32,000 nt of DNA. Origin: Cupriavidus necator. Lineage in GTDB: Bacteria > Pseudomonadota > Gammaproteobacteria > Burkholderiales > Burkholderiaceae. A program made the position numbers and the translations under genes. How positions within the stretch are numbered: position 1 is the stretch's first letter; each line of letters starts with the position of its first letter. Below, in pieces: positions 18,500 through 27,988 of this stretch. Location of the stretch: NCBI RefSeq assembly GCF_016127575.1, contig NZ_CP066018.1, positions 180,001 through 212,000 on the forward strand, written 5' to 3'. The notes under the pieces are model-generated. The model was not told where the DNA came from, did not search any database, and saw only the letters and a program-made list of their open reading frames with translations.

Positions 18500-18727
18500 C
18501 GGCACGCCGCTGACCCCGCCGCCGGGCCGGATCCGGCCCGCGCGGCGCGGCAACCGCTGCCCCGTGCTGTACCATATCGTCCATATTCGAAAACGCCCCT
18601 TCGCGCCCCGGCCCCGGGCCGTCGGATGACCGCCCGGACGCCCCGCGCGGCCGCTATCCGGCTTGCGCAAGGCGGCGATCCGAGCGGAGCGGGCGGCATC
18701 ACGCAGGCCCACCGCCAGACAGGCTGA

Positions 18728-21433
18728 ATGGCAATGGGATTGCAGAAGAAAACCGACCCGGAACAGGCGCAGGCAGATTCGGCCGCAAGCCGCCACACGC
18801 CAATGATGCAGCAATACCTGCGCATCAAGGCAGACCACCCCGACACCCTGCTGTTCTACCGCATGGGTGACTTCTACGAACTCTTCCACGACGATGCCGA
18901 AAAGGCCGCGCGCCTGCTCGACATCACGCTGACCGCGCGCGGCGCCTCCAACGGGGTGCCGATCCGCATGGCCGGCATCCCCTTCCACTCGGCGGACCAG
19001 TACCTGGCGCGCCTGGTGAAGCTGGGCGAATCCGTGGCGATCTGCGAGCAGATCGGCGACCCGGCCACCAGCAAGGGGCCGGTGGAGCGCAAGGTGGTGC
19101 GCATCGTCACCCCGGGCACGCTCACCGACGCCGCGCTGCTGCCGGACAAGGCCGATACCTTCCTGATGGCGGTGCACCAGCAGACCACGCGCCGCGGCGT
19201 CAGCAAGACCGGGCTGGCATGGCTGAACCTGGCCAGCGGCGAGCTGCGCCTGATGGAATGCGAAGCAGCGCAGCTGGGCCGCGAGCTGGAGCGCATCCGC
19301 CCGGCCGAGCTGCTGTATGCCGATGGCATCGAGCTGCCCGCGCTGGCGTGCGCGCGTACCCGCCTGCCCGAATGGCATTTCGACCAGGACGCCGGCACGC
19401 GCCGGCTGCGCGAGCAGCTGGGCGTGGCCAGCCTGGACCCGTTCGGCTGTGCCGGGCTGGGTGCCGCGCTGGGCGCGGCCGGCGCGCTGCTGAACTACGC
19501 GGCCACCACGCAGGGCCAGTCGTTGCGCCATGTGCAGGGCGTGAAGGTCGAGCGCGAATCGGAGTACGTCGGCCTGGATTCCGCCACGCGGCGCAACCTG
19601 GAACTGACCGAGACCCTGCGCGGCGGCGAGTCGCCGACGCTGTTCTCGCTGCTGGACACCTGCTGCACGGCCATGGGCAGCCGCGCGCTGCGCCACTGGC
19701 TGCACCACCCGCTGCGCGACCCGGCGCTGCCGCAGGCACGCCAGCAGGCCATCGGCGTGCTGATCGACCAGGGCACCGATGCCCTGCGCACGGCGCTGCG
19801 CCGGCTGGCCGACGTCGAGCGCATCACCTCGCGGCTGGCGCTGCTCAATGCGCGGCCGCGCGACCTGTCCTCGCTGCGCGACACCTTGCGCGCGCTACCG
19901 GACGTGCAGGCCTGCATCCGCGATGACCAGGGCAGCACCTTGCTGGCGCAGTCCCTGCACGACCTGGCCGTGCCGCAGGACTGCCTGGACCTGCTGGTGC
20001 GCGCCGTGGCCGAAGAGCCGGCCACCGTGGTGCGCGACGGCGGCGTGATCGCGCGCGGCTACGATGCCGGACTGGATGAACTGCGCGACATCTCCGAGAA
20101 CTGCGGCCAGTTCCTGATCGACCTGGAAACGCGCGAACGCGCCCGTACCGGCATTGCCAACCTGCGCGTCGAGTTCAACCGCGTGCATGGCTTCTATATC
20201 GAGGTCACCAACGGCCAGGCCGACAAGGTGCCCGACGACTACCGCCGCCGCCAGACGCTGAAGAATGCCGAGCGCTACATCACGCCTGAGCTGAAGGCCT
20301 TCGAAGACAAGGCGCTGTCGGCGCAGGACCGCGCGCTCGCGCGCGAGAAGCAGCTCTACGACGGCCTGCTGCAGGCGCTGCTGCCGCACATCGGCGAGTT
20401 GCAGCGGGTGGCGGGCGCGCTGGCGCGCCTGGACGTGCTGACGGCACTGGCCGAGCGCGCGCAGACGCTGGACTGGTCCGCGCCTGAGCGCGTCGCCGAG
20501 AACGTGGTCGACATCGTGCAGGGCCGCCACCCGGTGGTCGAAGGCCAACTCGCGGCCGAGTCGGTGGCGTTCATCGCCAACGACTGCCAGCTCAACGAAG
20601 CGCGCAAGCTCTTGCTGATCACCGGCCCGAACATGGGCGGCAAGTCGACCTTCATGCGCCAGACCGCGCTGATCGTGCTGCTGGCCTGTGTCGGCGCCTA
20701 CGTGCCAGCGCGGCGCGCGGTGATCGGGCCGATCGACCGCATCTTTACCCGCATCGGCGCCGCCGATGACCTCGCGGGCGGCCGCTCCACCTTCATGGTC
20801 GAGATGACCGAGGCCGCCGGCATCCTGCACCACGCGACCCCGGCTTCGCTGGTGCTGATGGACGAGATCGGGCGCGGCACGTCGACCTTCGACGGGCTGG
20901 CGCTGGCCTGGGCGATCGCGCGTCACCTGCTGTCGCACAACCGCAGCCATACCCTCTTCGCCACGCATTACTTCGAGCTGACGCAGCTGCCGCAAGAGTT
21001 TCCGCAGGCAGCCAACGTGCACCTGTCGGCGGTCGAGCATGGCGATGGCATTGTCTTCCTGCACGCAGTGCAGGACGGCCCCGCCAGCCAGAGCTACGGC
21101 CTGCAGGTAGCGCAGCTGGCCGGCGTGCCGCAGCCGGTGATCCGCGCCGCGCGCAAGCACCTGGCCTGGCTGGAGCAGCAATCGGCCGACGCCACGCCCA
21201 CGCCGCAGCTGGACCTGTTCGCGGCACCGCCAACGCCGGATGACGACGAGGACGACTTCGGCGCTGCCCCGTCGGCCGTGCCCGCGCCGCTGGCACCCAC
21301 GCTCGCACCCGAACAGGCCGCGCTGGTCGATGCGCTGGCCAACCTGGATCCCGACACCCTGACGCCGCGCGCAGCGCTGGAGGCGCTGTACCGGCTCAAG
21401 GCACTGGCAGGCGAGGCGCTCGACGCCGCATGA
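18728..21433 (+). CDS. mutS: DNA mismatch repair protein MutS
   Basis: 901 aa. N-terminal [30 protein letters not shown], Walker [26 protein letters not shown]. Start may be 18728 or 18734. Confidence 0.96.
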   Translation: MAMGLQKKTDPEQAQADSAASRHTPMMQQYLRIKADHPDTLLFYRMGDFYELFHDDAEKAARLLDITLTARGASNGVPIRMAGIPFHSADQYLARLVKLGESVAICEQIGDPATSKGPVERKVVRIVTPGTLTDAALLPDKADTFLMAVHQQTTRRGVSKTGLAWLNLASGELRLMECEAAQLGRELERIRPAELLYADGIELPALACARTRLPEWHFDQDAGTRRLREQLGVASLDPFGCAGLGAALGAAGALLNYAATTQGQSLRHVQGVKVERESEYVGLDSATRRNLELTETLRGGESPTLFSLLDTCCTAMGSRALRHWLHHPLRDPALPQARQQAIGVLIDQGTDALRTALRRLADVERITSRLALLNARPRDLSSLRDTLRALPDVQACIRDDQGSTLLAQSLHDLAVPQDCLDLLVRAVAEEPATVVRDGGVIARGYDAGLDELRDISENCGQFLIDLETRERARTGIANLRVEFNRVHGFYIEVTNGQADKVPDDYRRRQTLKNAERYITPELKAFEDKALSAQDRALAREKQLYDGLLQALLPHIGELQRVAGALARLDVLTALAERAQTLDWSAPERVAENVVDIVQGRHPVVEGQLAAESVAFIANDCQLNEARKLLLITGPNMGGKSTFMRQTALIVLLACVGAYVPARRAVIGPIDRIFTRIGAADDLAGGRSTFMVEMTEAAGILHHATPASLVLMDEIGRGTSTFDGLALAWAIARHLLSHNRSHTLFATHYFELTQLPQEFPQAANVHLSAVEHGDGIVFLHAVQDGPASQSYGLQVAQLAGVPQPVIRAARKHLAWLEQQSADATPTPQLDLFAAPPTPDDDEDDFGAAPSAVPAPLAPTLAPEQAALVDALANLDPDTLTPRAALEALYRLKALAGEALDAA

Positions 21434-22479
21434 ACGCTGCACGCCGTGCCCTGCTTGCCATGCTGCTGCCGCTGCTTTGCACGGCCGGCATGGCATCGGC
21501 CGCGCCCGCGGGCCGCGCCGGCAAGGCACCGGCCAGGCCAAAGCTGACGCGCATCGCGCTGATCGCCGACCTGCCCCAGTGGCCGGCCGCGGAGGCCAAC
21601 GCGGCGGCACTGCTCGACTACTTCGGCGAGCGCAAGCTGGACCTGGTCATTCATGCCGGCGGCATCAAGGGCGATACGGAGTCGTGCAGCGATGCGGTGC
21701 TGGGCAACCGCCAGCAATTGCTGGACCAGTCGCCGCTGCCGCTGGTCTACGTGCCCGGAGAGACCGACTGGTCCGAATGCCGGCTGCCGGTCAACGGCGG
21801 CTTTGACGCGGTCGAGCGCCTGAACCGGCTGCGTGAGCTGTTCTTCCCCGAGGACGCCACGCTCGGCCGGCATCCGCGACCGCTGCACCGGCAGTCGGAC
21901 CAGGCGCTGTTCCGCAGCTTCCGCGAGAACATGCGCATGGAGGTGGCCGATATCCTGCTCGTCGGCATGAACCTGCCGGGTGACAACAACCACTACCGCG
22001 ACGAAGGCGGGCGCAACGGCGAGTTCGAGGACCGGCGCGAGGCCAACCGCCAGTGGCTGGCGCGCGCGTTCTCGGTGGCGCGGCAACGCGACCTGAACGG
22101 CATCGTGGTGGTGGTCCACGCCGACCCGCATTTTGCCAACGGCTGGGAGAAGAAAGGCCGCCCGACGCTGCTGGACGGCTTCATGCGCCACCGCACCCGC
22201 GACGGCTACCTGGAATTCAAGCGCCAGCTGCGCGAGCTGGCCGGTCGTTTCCGCGGCCAGGTGCTGCTGGTGCATGCGGGCGGAAACGGGGCCAACGGGG
22301 CGGACAACGGCTTCGGCATCGACAAGCCGCTGCGCGATGCGGCCGGCAAGGTCATGCAGAACTTCACGCGTGTGTCACTGCCCGCCAACACGGTCTCGCA
22401 ATGGGCCGAACTGGTGATCACGCCGGGCGCGGCCTCACCGTTCGCAGTCATGCTCAAGGACGCACCGGCACCGCGCTGA
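21430..22479 (+). CDS. Exported conserved-hypothetical protein with degenerate metallophosphoesterase-like motif spacing
   Basis: The ATG overlaps the mutS stop (ATGA at 21430-21433). Signal peptide [24 protein letters not shown]|AP. Segments [36 protein letters not shown] and LLVHAGGNG are discussed in the findings. Confidence 0.6.
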   Translation: MNAARRALLAMLLPLLCTAGMASAAPAGRAGKAPARPKLTRIALIADLPQWPAAEANAAALLDYFGERKLDLVIHAGGIKGDTESCSDAVLGNRQQLLDQSPLPLVYVPGETDWSECRLPVNGGFDAVERLNRLRELFFPEDATLGRHPRPLHRQSDQALFRSFRENMRMEVADILLVGMNLPGDNNHYRDEGGRNGEFEDRREANRQWLARAFSVARQRDLNGIVVVVHADPHFANGWEKKGRPTLLDGFMRHRTRDGYLEFKRQLRELAGRFRGQVLLVHAGGNGANGADNGFGIDKPLRDAAGKVMQNFTRVSLPANTVSQWAELVITPGAASPFAVMLKDAPAPR

Positions 22480-22502
22480 GACCGCTTGCCGGCCCGACAA
22501 CG

Positions 22503-22528
22503 AAAAAGCCGGCTGCGGCCGGCTTTTT
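22503..22528. terminator. Bidirectional intrinsic terminator between the convergent exported-protein gene and slyD
   Basis: AAAAA-AGCCGGC-TGCG-GCCGGCT-TTTTT: a 7-bp G+C stem flanked by an A-run and a T-run. Confidence 0.75.
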
Positions 22529-22561
22529 CCTGGGGTGCGGAATACGAACCGTGCAGCGCGA

Positions 22562-23089
22562 TCAGTGCAGCGTGCGCGGCGTGTCGTCGTCCTCGTCCTC
22601 ATCGACGACTTCAACGCCCGAGGCGCCATGGGCGTGGCCGTGCTCGATTTCCTCGGCGGTGGCCTCGCGGACTTCGGAGACCTTCAGCCAGAAGCGCAGC
22701 GCCATGCCGGCCAGCGGATGGTTGCCATCCAGCACGACCTTGTCCTCGGCCACGTCGGTCACGGTATAGATGACGGAGTCCTCTTCGTCGCCATCTTCGG
22801 GCATGCCTTCGAACTGCATGCCGACTTCCAGCGGCTCGGGGAAGCGGTTGCGCGGCTCGACCTTCACCATATCGGCGTCATAGTCGCCGAACGCGTCTTC
22901 CGGCTCCAGCTGCAACTGGGTCTCGAAGCCCGCGTCATGACCGTCGAGCGCTTCCTCGATCTTGGGGAACGTGCCATCATACCCGCCGTGCAAATAAACC
23001 ATGGCTTCATCTGACTCCTCGATCAGATTGCCTTGCGCGTCCGACAGCTTGTACATCACGGACACCACAGTATTCTTAGCGATTTTCAA
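22562..23089 (-). CDS. slyD: FKBP-type peptidyl-prolyl isomerase SlyD with a short His/Asp-rich tail
   Basis: LKIAKNTVVSVMYKLSDAQGN...LHGG...DGNHPLAG is colinear with E. coli SlyD MKVAKDLVVSLAYQV... (recalled). Start assigned to TTG (rc 23087-23089), 7 nt after GGAG. Tail is HGHAHGASGVEVVDEDEDDD. Confidence 0.88.
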   Translation of the reverse strand: MKIAKNTVVSVMYKLSDAQGNLIEESDEAMVYLHGGYDGTFPKIEEALDGHDAGFETQLQLEPEDAFGDYDADMVKVEPRNRFPEPLEVGMQFEGMPEDGDEEDSVIYTVTDVAEDKVVLDGNHPLAGMALRFWLKVSEVREATAEEIEHGHAHGASGVEVVDEDEDDDTPRTLH

Positions 23090-23100
23090 TTCTTGACTCC

Positions 23101-24306
23101 ATGAACGATTCCGCATTATACGCGCAGGCCCTGCCCCCTGGCCCCGTCGATCCAGACACTCCGCTCGACCTGCTTGGTGGCATGACGCCTGCTGCATTCA
23201 TGCGGGATATCTGGCATCGCAAGCCCCTGCTGATTCGACAGGCAGTACCCGGAATCGTGCCGCCTGTGTCGCGCGAGGCTCTTTTCGACCTGGCCGACAG
23301 CGATGACGTCGAATCGCGCCTGGTGACGCACTTCCGTAACCGCTGGAAACTCGCGCATGGCCCATTTGCGCGCGAAAACCTGCCCGGCGTCAAGGCCCGC
23401 CAGTGGACCCTGCTGGTGCAAGGGGTAAATCTGCATGACGCCGCCGCGGCGGAACTGATGGGCCGCTTCCGTTTCGTGCCGGACGCGCGCCTGGACGACC
23501 TGATGATCAGCTACGCCACCGACGGCGGCGGCGTGGGCCCGCATTTCGACTCCTACGACGTGTTCCTGCTGCAAGTCTCGGGCCGGCGCCGCTGGCGCAT
23601 TTCGTCGCAGACCAGCCTTGAGCTGATCCCGGACATGCCGCTGAAGATCCTCGCCGACTTCAACGCGGAACAGGAATGGGTGCTCGAACCCGGCGACATG
23701 CTCTACCTGCCGCCGCAATATGCGCACGATGGCATTGCCGAAGGCGAATGCATGACCTGCTCGATCGGCTTCCGCGCGCCGGCCTACCGCGAGCTGGCCG
23801 GGCATTTCCTGGCCTGGCTGTCTGAAACGGTCGAAGACAATGAAGACCTCGGCGGCCGTTATGCCGACGCCGGCGAGCGCGCCGCCACGCGGCCCGCGCA
23901 GTTACCCGCCGGCATGGCCAAGGCAGTCGCCGAGCGGCTCAAGGCGTTGCAATGGAATAGCCAGATGGTGTCCGAATTCCTCGGCAGCCATCTGTCAGAA
24001 CCCAAACCTGGCGTTGAATTTGCAGAGATACCCGACATGCCGTTGCGCCGTTATGCGACACTGGCGGCCCGCCATGGTGTGGTACTGCCATCAGCATCGA
24101 TTGCGCTTTACGACCGCGCGAATTTCTTCCTCAATGGAGAAGCCTACGAGCCGCCGGCCGAACTGATGCAATGGCTGAAAAAGTTGGCCGATTATCGGCA
24201 GCTTAGTAGCGAAGATGTTGCGGCTTGCGCGGACCTACCCGATCTGATGGAAACTTTCCATCACTGGACGCTGGAAGGATGGCTGCAATTGGGCCCGCGG
24301 CTGTAA
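23101..24306 (+). CDS. JmjC/cupin ribosomal-protein oxygenase-like protein (YcfD/RoxA family)
   Basis: FMRDIWHRKPLLIRQAVPG aligns with the E. coli YcfD N-terminus (recalled). Fe(II) ligand pattern GPHFDSYDVFLLQVSGRRRWRI (H-x-D), with a later YAHDG. Start is either 23101 or 23182. Confidence 0.78.
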   Translation: MNDSALYAQALPPGPVDPDTPLDLLGGMTPAAFMRDIWHRKPLLIRQAVPGIVPPVSREALFDLADSDDVESRLVTHFRNRWKLAHGPFARENLPGVKARQWTLLVQGVNLHDAAAAELMGRFRFVPDARLDDLMISYATDGGGVGPHFDSYDVFLLQVSGRRRWRISSQTSLELIPDMPLKILADFNAEQEWVLEPGDMLYLPPQYAHDGIAEGECMTCSIGFRAPAYRELAGHFLAWLSETVEDNEDLGGRYADAGERAATRPAQLPAGMAKAVAERLKALQWNSQMVSEFLGSHLSEPKPGVEFAEIPDMPLRRYATLAARHGVVLPSASIALYDRANFFLNGEAYEPPAELMQWLKKLADYRQLSSEDVAACADLPDLMETFHHWTLEGWLQLGPRL

Positions 24307-24446
24307 TAATACGTAACATTGCGAATCAGTAAATTTCGGCGCTACACAAGCCGGGAAAACGCGGATATAATTGTTGGCTGGCTAGTACTGTGGACCATTG
24401 CATTTATCGGGACCCGGGAGGGCCTCTATTTTGCAGTTCAAGAGCG

Positions 24447-24464
24447 ATAATTACCGGTAATTAT
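24447..24464. promoter_or_regulatory. Perfect 18-bp palindrome ATAATTACCGGTAATTAT upstream of the Ala/Pro lipoprotein gene; candidate operator overlapping -10-like hexamers
   Basis: All 9 base pairs of the dyad were verified by hand. It lies 41 nt upstream of the ATG at 24506, in a spacer of about 43% G+C. GATAAT (24446-24451) overlaps its left arm. Confidence 0.35.
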
Positions 24465-24505
24465 TCATCGCCTGTTTTCCGTTATTACAAGTTAAAGGAC
24501 GAACA

Positions 24506-24742
24506 ATGAAGAAGTCTCTCCTGATCGCATCGCTGCTGGCCGCTGTTGCTCTCGCCGCTTGCGGCAAGAAGGAAGAAGCTGCCGCTCCGGCCGCTGACAC
24601 GGCTGCTCCGGCTGCTGCCGCTCCGGCCGCTGAAGCTTCGGCTCCCGCTGCTGAAGCCCCGGCCGCTCCGGCTGCTGCTGCTCCGGCTGCTGACGCTTCG
24701 GCTCCGGCTGCTGACGCTTCGGCTCCGGCTGCCAAGCAGTAA
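24506..24742 (+). CDS. Small lipoprotein (78 aa) whose mature part is almost entirely Ala/Pro/Glu/Asp repeats
   Basis: AAGGA lies 7 nt upstream of the ATG. Signal peptide plus lipobox MKKSLLIASLLAAVALAA|CG. Mature sequence is CGKKEEAAAPAADTAAPAAAAPAAEASAPAAEAPAAPAAAAPAADASAPAADASAPAAKQ. TAA stop, followed by a strong terminator. Confidence 0.7.
   Translation: MKKSLLIASLLAAVALAACGKKEEAAAPAADTAAPAAAAPAAEASAPAAEAPAAPAAAAPAADASAPAADASAPAAKQ
24680..24733 (+). repeat. In-frame tandem repeat, 21-nt unit GCTCCGGCTGCTGACGCTTCG x2 plus a partial third copy
   Basis: 24680-24700 and 24701-24721 are identical. 24722-24733 repeats the first 11 nt. The repeat encodes APAADAS-APAADAS-APAA. Confidence 0.85.
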
Positions 24743-24758
24743 TCGGTTCCTGACCGAT

Positions 24759-24788
24759 GAAAAAACCGGCCTTCGGGCCGGTTTTTTT
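24759..24788. terminator. Bidirectional intrinsic terminator between the lipoprotein gene and the convergent MBL hydrolase gene
   Basis: AAAAAAA-CCGGCC-TTCG-GGCCGG-TTTTTTT. Confidence 0.8.
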
Positions 24789-24835
24789 ATTTGGGCGCTG
24801 CTACCGCACTGCGCCCTGCCGAATCCACGCATCCC

Positions 24836-25624
24836 TCAGGCGCGCACCGCCTGCCAGTCCAGGCCCTCGTCCTGGTCTGCCACCAGCACCTCGGACGGCA
24901 ACGCACCCAATGCCATTGCCAGCGCCCCCGTTGCCAGCTCACGCGTATTGTTCTGCTTGCTGAGGTGGGCCGCGACCACGCGGTTCAGGCCGGCATGGGC
25001 AACTTGCGCCAGGATACTGGCCGCCACTTCATTGGCCAGGTGGCCGAAGTCCCCGCCGATGCGCCGCTTCAGCGAAGCCGGATAGACCGAATTGCGCAGC
25101 ATCTCGCGGTCATGGTTGCATTCCAGCACCAGCGCATCCACGCCTGCCAGGCGCGCCGTCACGTAAGGCGTCTCCATGCCTGCATCGGTCAACACACCCA
25201 GCCTTGCCTGCCCGTCCGACAAGACGAACTGCAGCGGCTCGCGCGCATCGTGCGGCACGGTGTACGGCAGCACCTGCAGTCCGCCGATGGCAAAGGCATG
25301 GTCGGCGCCGCAGACGCGCACGTCGGCCGCATCGGCGCCGCGCAGGTGCGAGGTCGCCAGCCAGGTGCCGTGGCTGGTATACACCGCCAGGCGGTGGCGG
25401 GCGGCAAAGGCGTAGGCCGAGCCGACGTGGTCGCCATGCTCGTGCGTCACCAGCACGGCGTCGAGCTGGTCCGGCGCGACGCCCAGGCGCTCCAGGCGCC
25501 GCGCGGTCTCGCGGATGCCGAAGCCGCAGTCGAGCAGCACGCGCGTGGTGGTGGTGTCTTCGCGGGATTCGATCAGCAGCGAGTTGCCCTCGCTGCCGCT
25601 GCCGAGGAAGGCGAAGCGCATCAT
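24836..25624 (-). CDS. MBL-fold metallo-hydrolase
   Basis: MMRFAFLGSGSEGNSLLIES... and the metallo-beta-lactamase motif THEHGDHVG. Trimmed to the ATG at rc 25622-25624. Confidence 0.8.
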   Translation of the reverse strand: MMRFAFLGSGSEGNSLLIESREDTTTTRVLLDCGFGIRETARRLERLGVAPDQLDAVLVTHEHGDHVGSAYAFAARHRLAVYTSHGTWLATSHLRGADAADVRVCGADHAFAIGGLQVLPYTVPHDAREPLQFVLSDGQARLGVLTDAGMETPYVTARLAGVDALVLECNHDREMLRNSVYPASLKRRIGGDFGHLANEVAASILAQVAHAGLNRVVAAHLSKQNNTRELATGALAMALGALPSEVLVADQDEGLDWQAVRA

Positions 25625-25691
25625 GGCCGCGCCCTCCCCGCCAGACACCGGCCAGGACGGCCGGCTGGCATGCCAGCAGTCATGCGCCGGC

Positions 25692-26918
25692 TCAGTGCAG
25701 TTGCTCGTCGATCAGCGACAGGATGCGCTTGCCGATTTCGCCGTTCTCAGGCTGGCCGGCATCGTTGAGCACCGTCACCAGCGTGCCGCTGCCCGTGCCC
25801 TTGAGCGACACGCGATACTTCTTGGCGGTCTTGGAATCTTCCGGCTTGGTGAACAGCTTGGAGAAGAAGCCACGGCTGTCGGCAACGGTGCGCGGGTCGA
25901 CATAGCGCACGTAGTACAGGCCCTGGCCGCGGTCGCGGTCTTCAACCGTGAAGTTCACGCGGTCCAGCGACAGGCCGACCGAGCGCCAGGCGCGGTCGAA
26001 CGGTTCGGGCAGCTGCAGCGCCGGAGCGCCGTTGACCTGGGACAGGTACGACTTGGCCGGCGCGGCGCCATCGGCACCAGCAGCAGCGCCAGCAGCGGCG
26101 GCCGTGCCCGCAGCGGCTGCGGCATTGCCCGCCGCCGCCGGGTTCTTGGCCATGCGGTCGGCTTGTTCCTTCTGCACGCCCAGGCGCTGGGCCAGGCGCG
26201 ACAGGAATTCGGCTTCCAGCTCAGGATCGGCCGGACGCGGGGTCCAGACCGTGCTCGACTTGTCGATGCCGGTCAGCTGCTCCTGCGCACCGCGGTGGCT
26301 GATGAAGACCTCCAGCGTGCCGTTCTGCGAACGCTCGACGCGGGTGCGGAACTTGTCGCGCTCCGAGGTCGAGTACAGGCCGTCGAAGACCTTGCCAATG
26401 GTGTTGCGGATGATGTCCTGCGGGATCTTGGCGCGGTTCTCGGCCCAGTCGGTTTCCATGATGCCGGTCTCGGGCGAGTCCTGCACCAGCAGGAAACCGC
26501 TTTCCTGCCAGAAGCCGCGCAGCTGCTGCCACAGCTGGTCGCCGCGCATGCCGTTGCTGATCACCAGCCAGCGCTGGTTGCCGTCGCGCTCCATGCGGAT
26601 ACCCTGGGCGGAGGGCAGCACGTTCTCGCTCGGGGACTGCTCGCGCACCTTGGTGGCCTGGCTGTACGTCGACAGCGTCGAGGTGCCGTTCGCATCGGGC
26701 ACCGAATAGCGGCGATCGCCCTCCAGCTTGGTCAGGTCGGGCGGGATATCCAGCGTAGGCGTGCGCTTCGAGGCCGACGACTTGTAGTCGATCTTGTCCG
26801 GCTGCATCGCTTCGTTGATGCTGCTGCAGCCGGTGATCACGCCAGCGGCGAGCACGGGCACAACCAGGGCGGCGCGGCGGACTTGCGTCGCGCCGCGGCG
26901 GTTAAGCTTCAGTTTCAT
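25692..26918 (-). CDS. bamC: Outer membrane protein assembly factor BamC (lipoprotein) with an Ala-rich linker
   Basis: Lipobox AAGVITG|CSS. LDIPPDL, ETDWAENR and FDRAWRSVGLSLDRVNFTVEDRDRGQGLYYVRY parallel E. coli BamC segments (recalled). Located directly downstream of dapA, as in E. coli. Start is ATG 26918 or GTG 26924. Confidence 0.85.
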   Translation of the reverse strand: MKLKLNRRGATQVRRAALVVPVLAAGVITGCSSINEAMQPDKIDYKSSASKRTPTLDIPPDLTKLEGDRRYSVPDANGTSTLSTYSQATKVREQSPSENVLPSAQGIRMERDGNQRWLVISNGMRGDQLWQQLRGFWQESGFLLVQDSPETGIMETDWAENRAKIPQDIIRNTIGKVFDGLYSTSERDKFRTRVERSQNGTLEVFISHRGAQEQLTGIDKSSTVWTPRPADPELEAEFLSRLAQRLGVQKEQADRMAKNPAAAGNAAAAAGTAAAAGAAAGADGAAPAKSYLSQVNGAPALQLPEPFDRAWRSVGLSLDRVNFTVEDRDRGQGLYYVRYVDPRTVADSRGFFSKLFTKPEDSKTAKKYRVSLKGTGSGTLVTVLNDAGQPENGEIGKRILSLIDEQLH

Positions 26919-26966
26919 TGACACGCAATCCTAGTAGGTGGTGCGACAGCAGGACGCCGCGAAAGA

Positions 26967-27851
<885 letters not shown>

Positions 27852-27988
27852 AACGTTAAGGAATTCGGGATGCGAATAAGGGGATTGTACCGGAACCGCA
27901 GGCCGCCTCGACCGCCGCCCGGACAGGGGTTGATACCAACTGTTTCAACGTGTGCAGCGGCATTCTCGCCGACAGCGCCGTGCCTGGC

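Noticed and set aside
18523-18540. 18-nt perfect palindrome CGGGCCGGATCCGGCCCG after the USP gene, considered as a terminator
   Set aside because: No U-tract follows on either strand, and such G+C palindromes are common by composition here. It is possibly a weak or factor-dependent stop but is not reportable as a feature.
18023-21610. Two very long minus-strand ORFs (561 aa at 18023..19708 and 571 aa at 19895..21610)
   Set aside because: Both lie antisense to mutS (and USP). They have low-complexity Arg/Ala/Gly-rich composition and no SD or domain signatures. They are high-G+C artefacts.
21094-22275. 393-aa minus-strand ORF overlapping the mutS 3' end and the exported-protein gene
   Set aside because: It is antisense to two supported genes, has an Ala/Arg/Gly-rich low-complexity translation, and has no start signals.
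24446-24465. Fur-box resemblance of GATAATTACCGGTAATTATT
   Set aside because: Only the first hexamer GATAAT matches. The G+C-rich CCGG core is unlike the A+T-rich Fur consensus as I recall it. It is kept only as an unassigned palindrome.
24560-24735. Repetitive DNA that might be a CRISPR array or minisatellite
   Set aside because: The repeats are short (21 nt), directly tandem without spacers, in frame and coding. No leader or cas genes are present.
24451-24832. Minus-strand ORFs (94 and 115 aa) across the Ala/Pro repeat region, plus a 179-aa plus-strand ORF in another frame
   Set aside because: They are mirror or shifted readings of the GCT/CCG repeat (AAGAEASAAG..., SRSRSVSS...). They lack start-site signals, while the plus-strand frame has an SD, a lipoprotein signal peptide, a TAA stop and a terminator.
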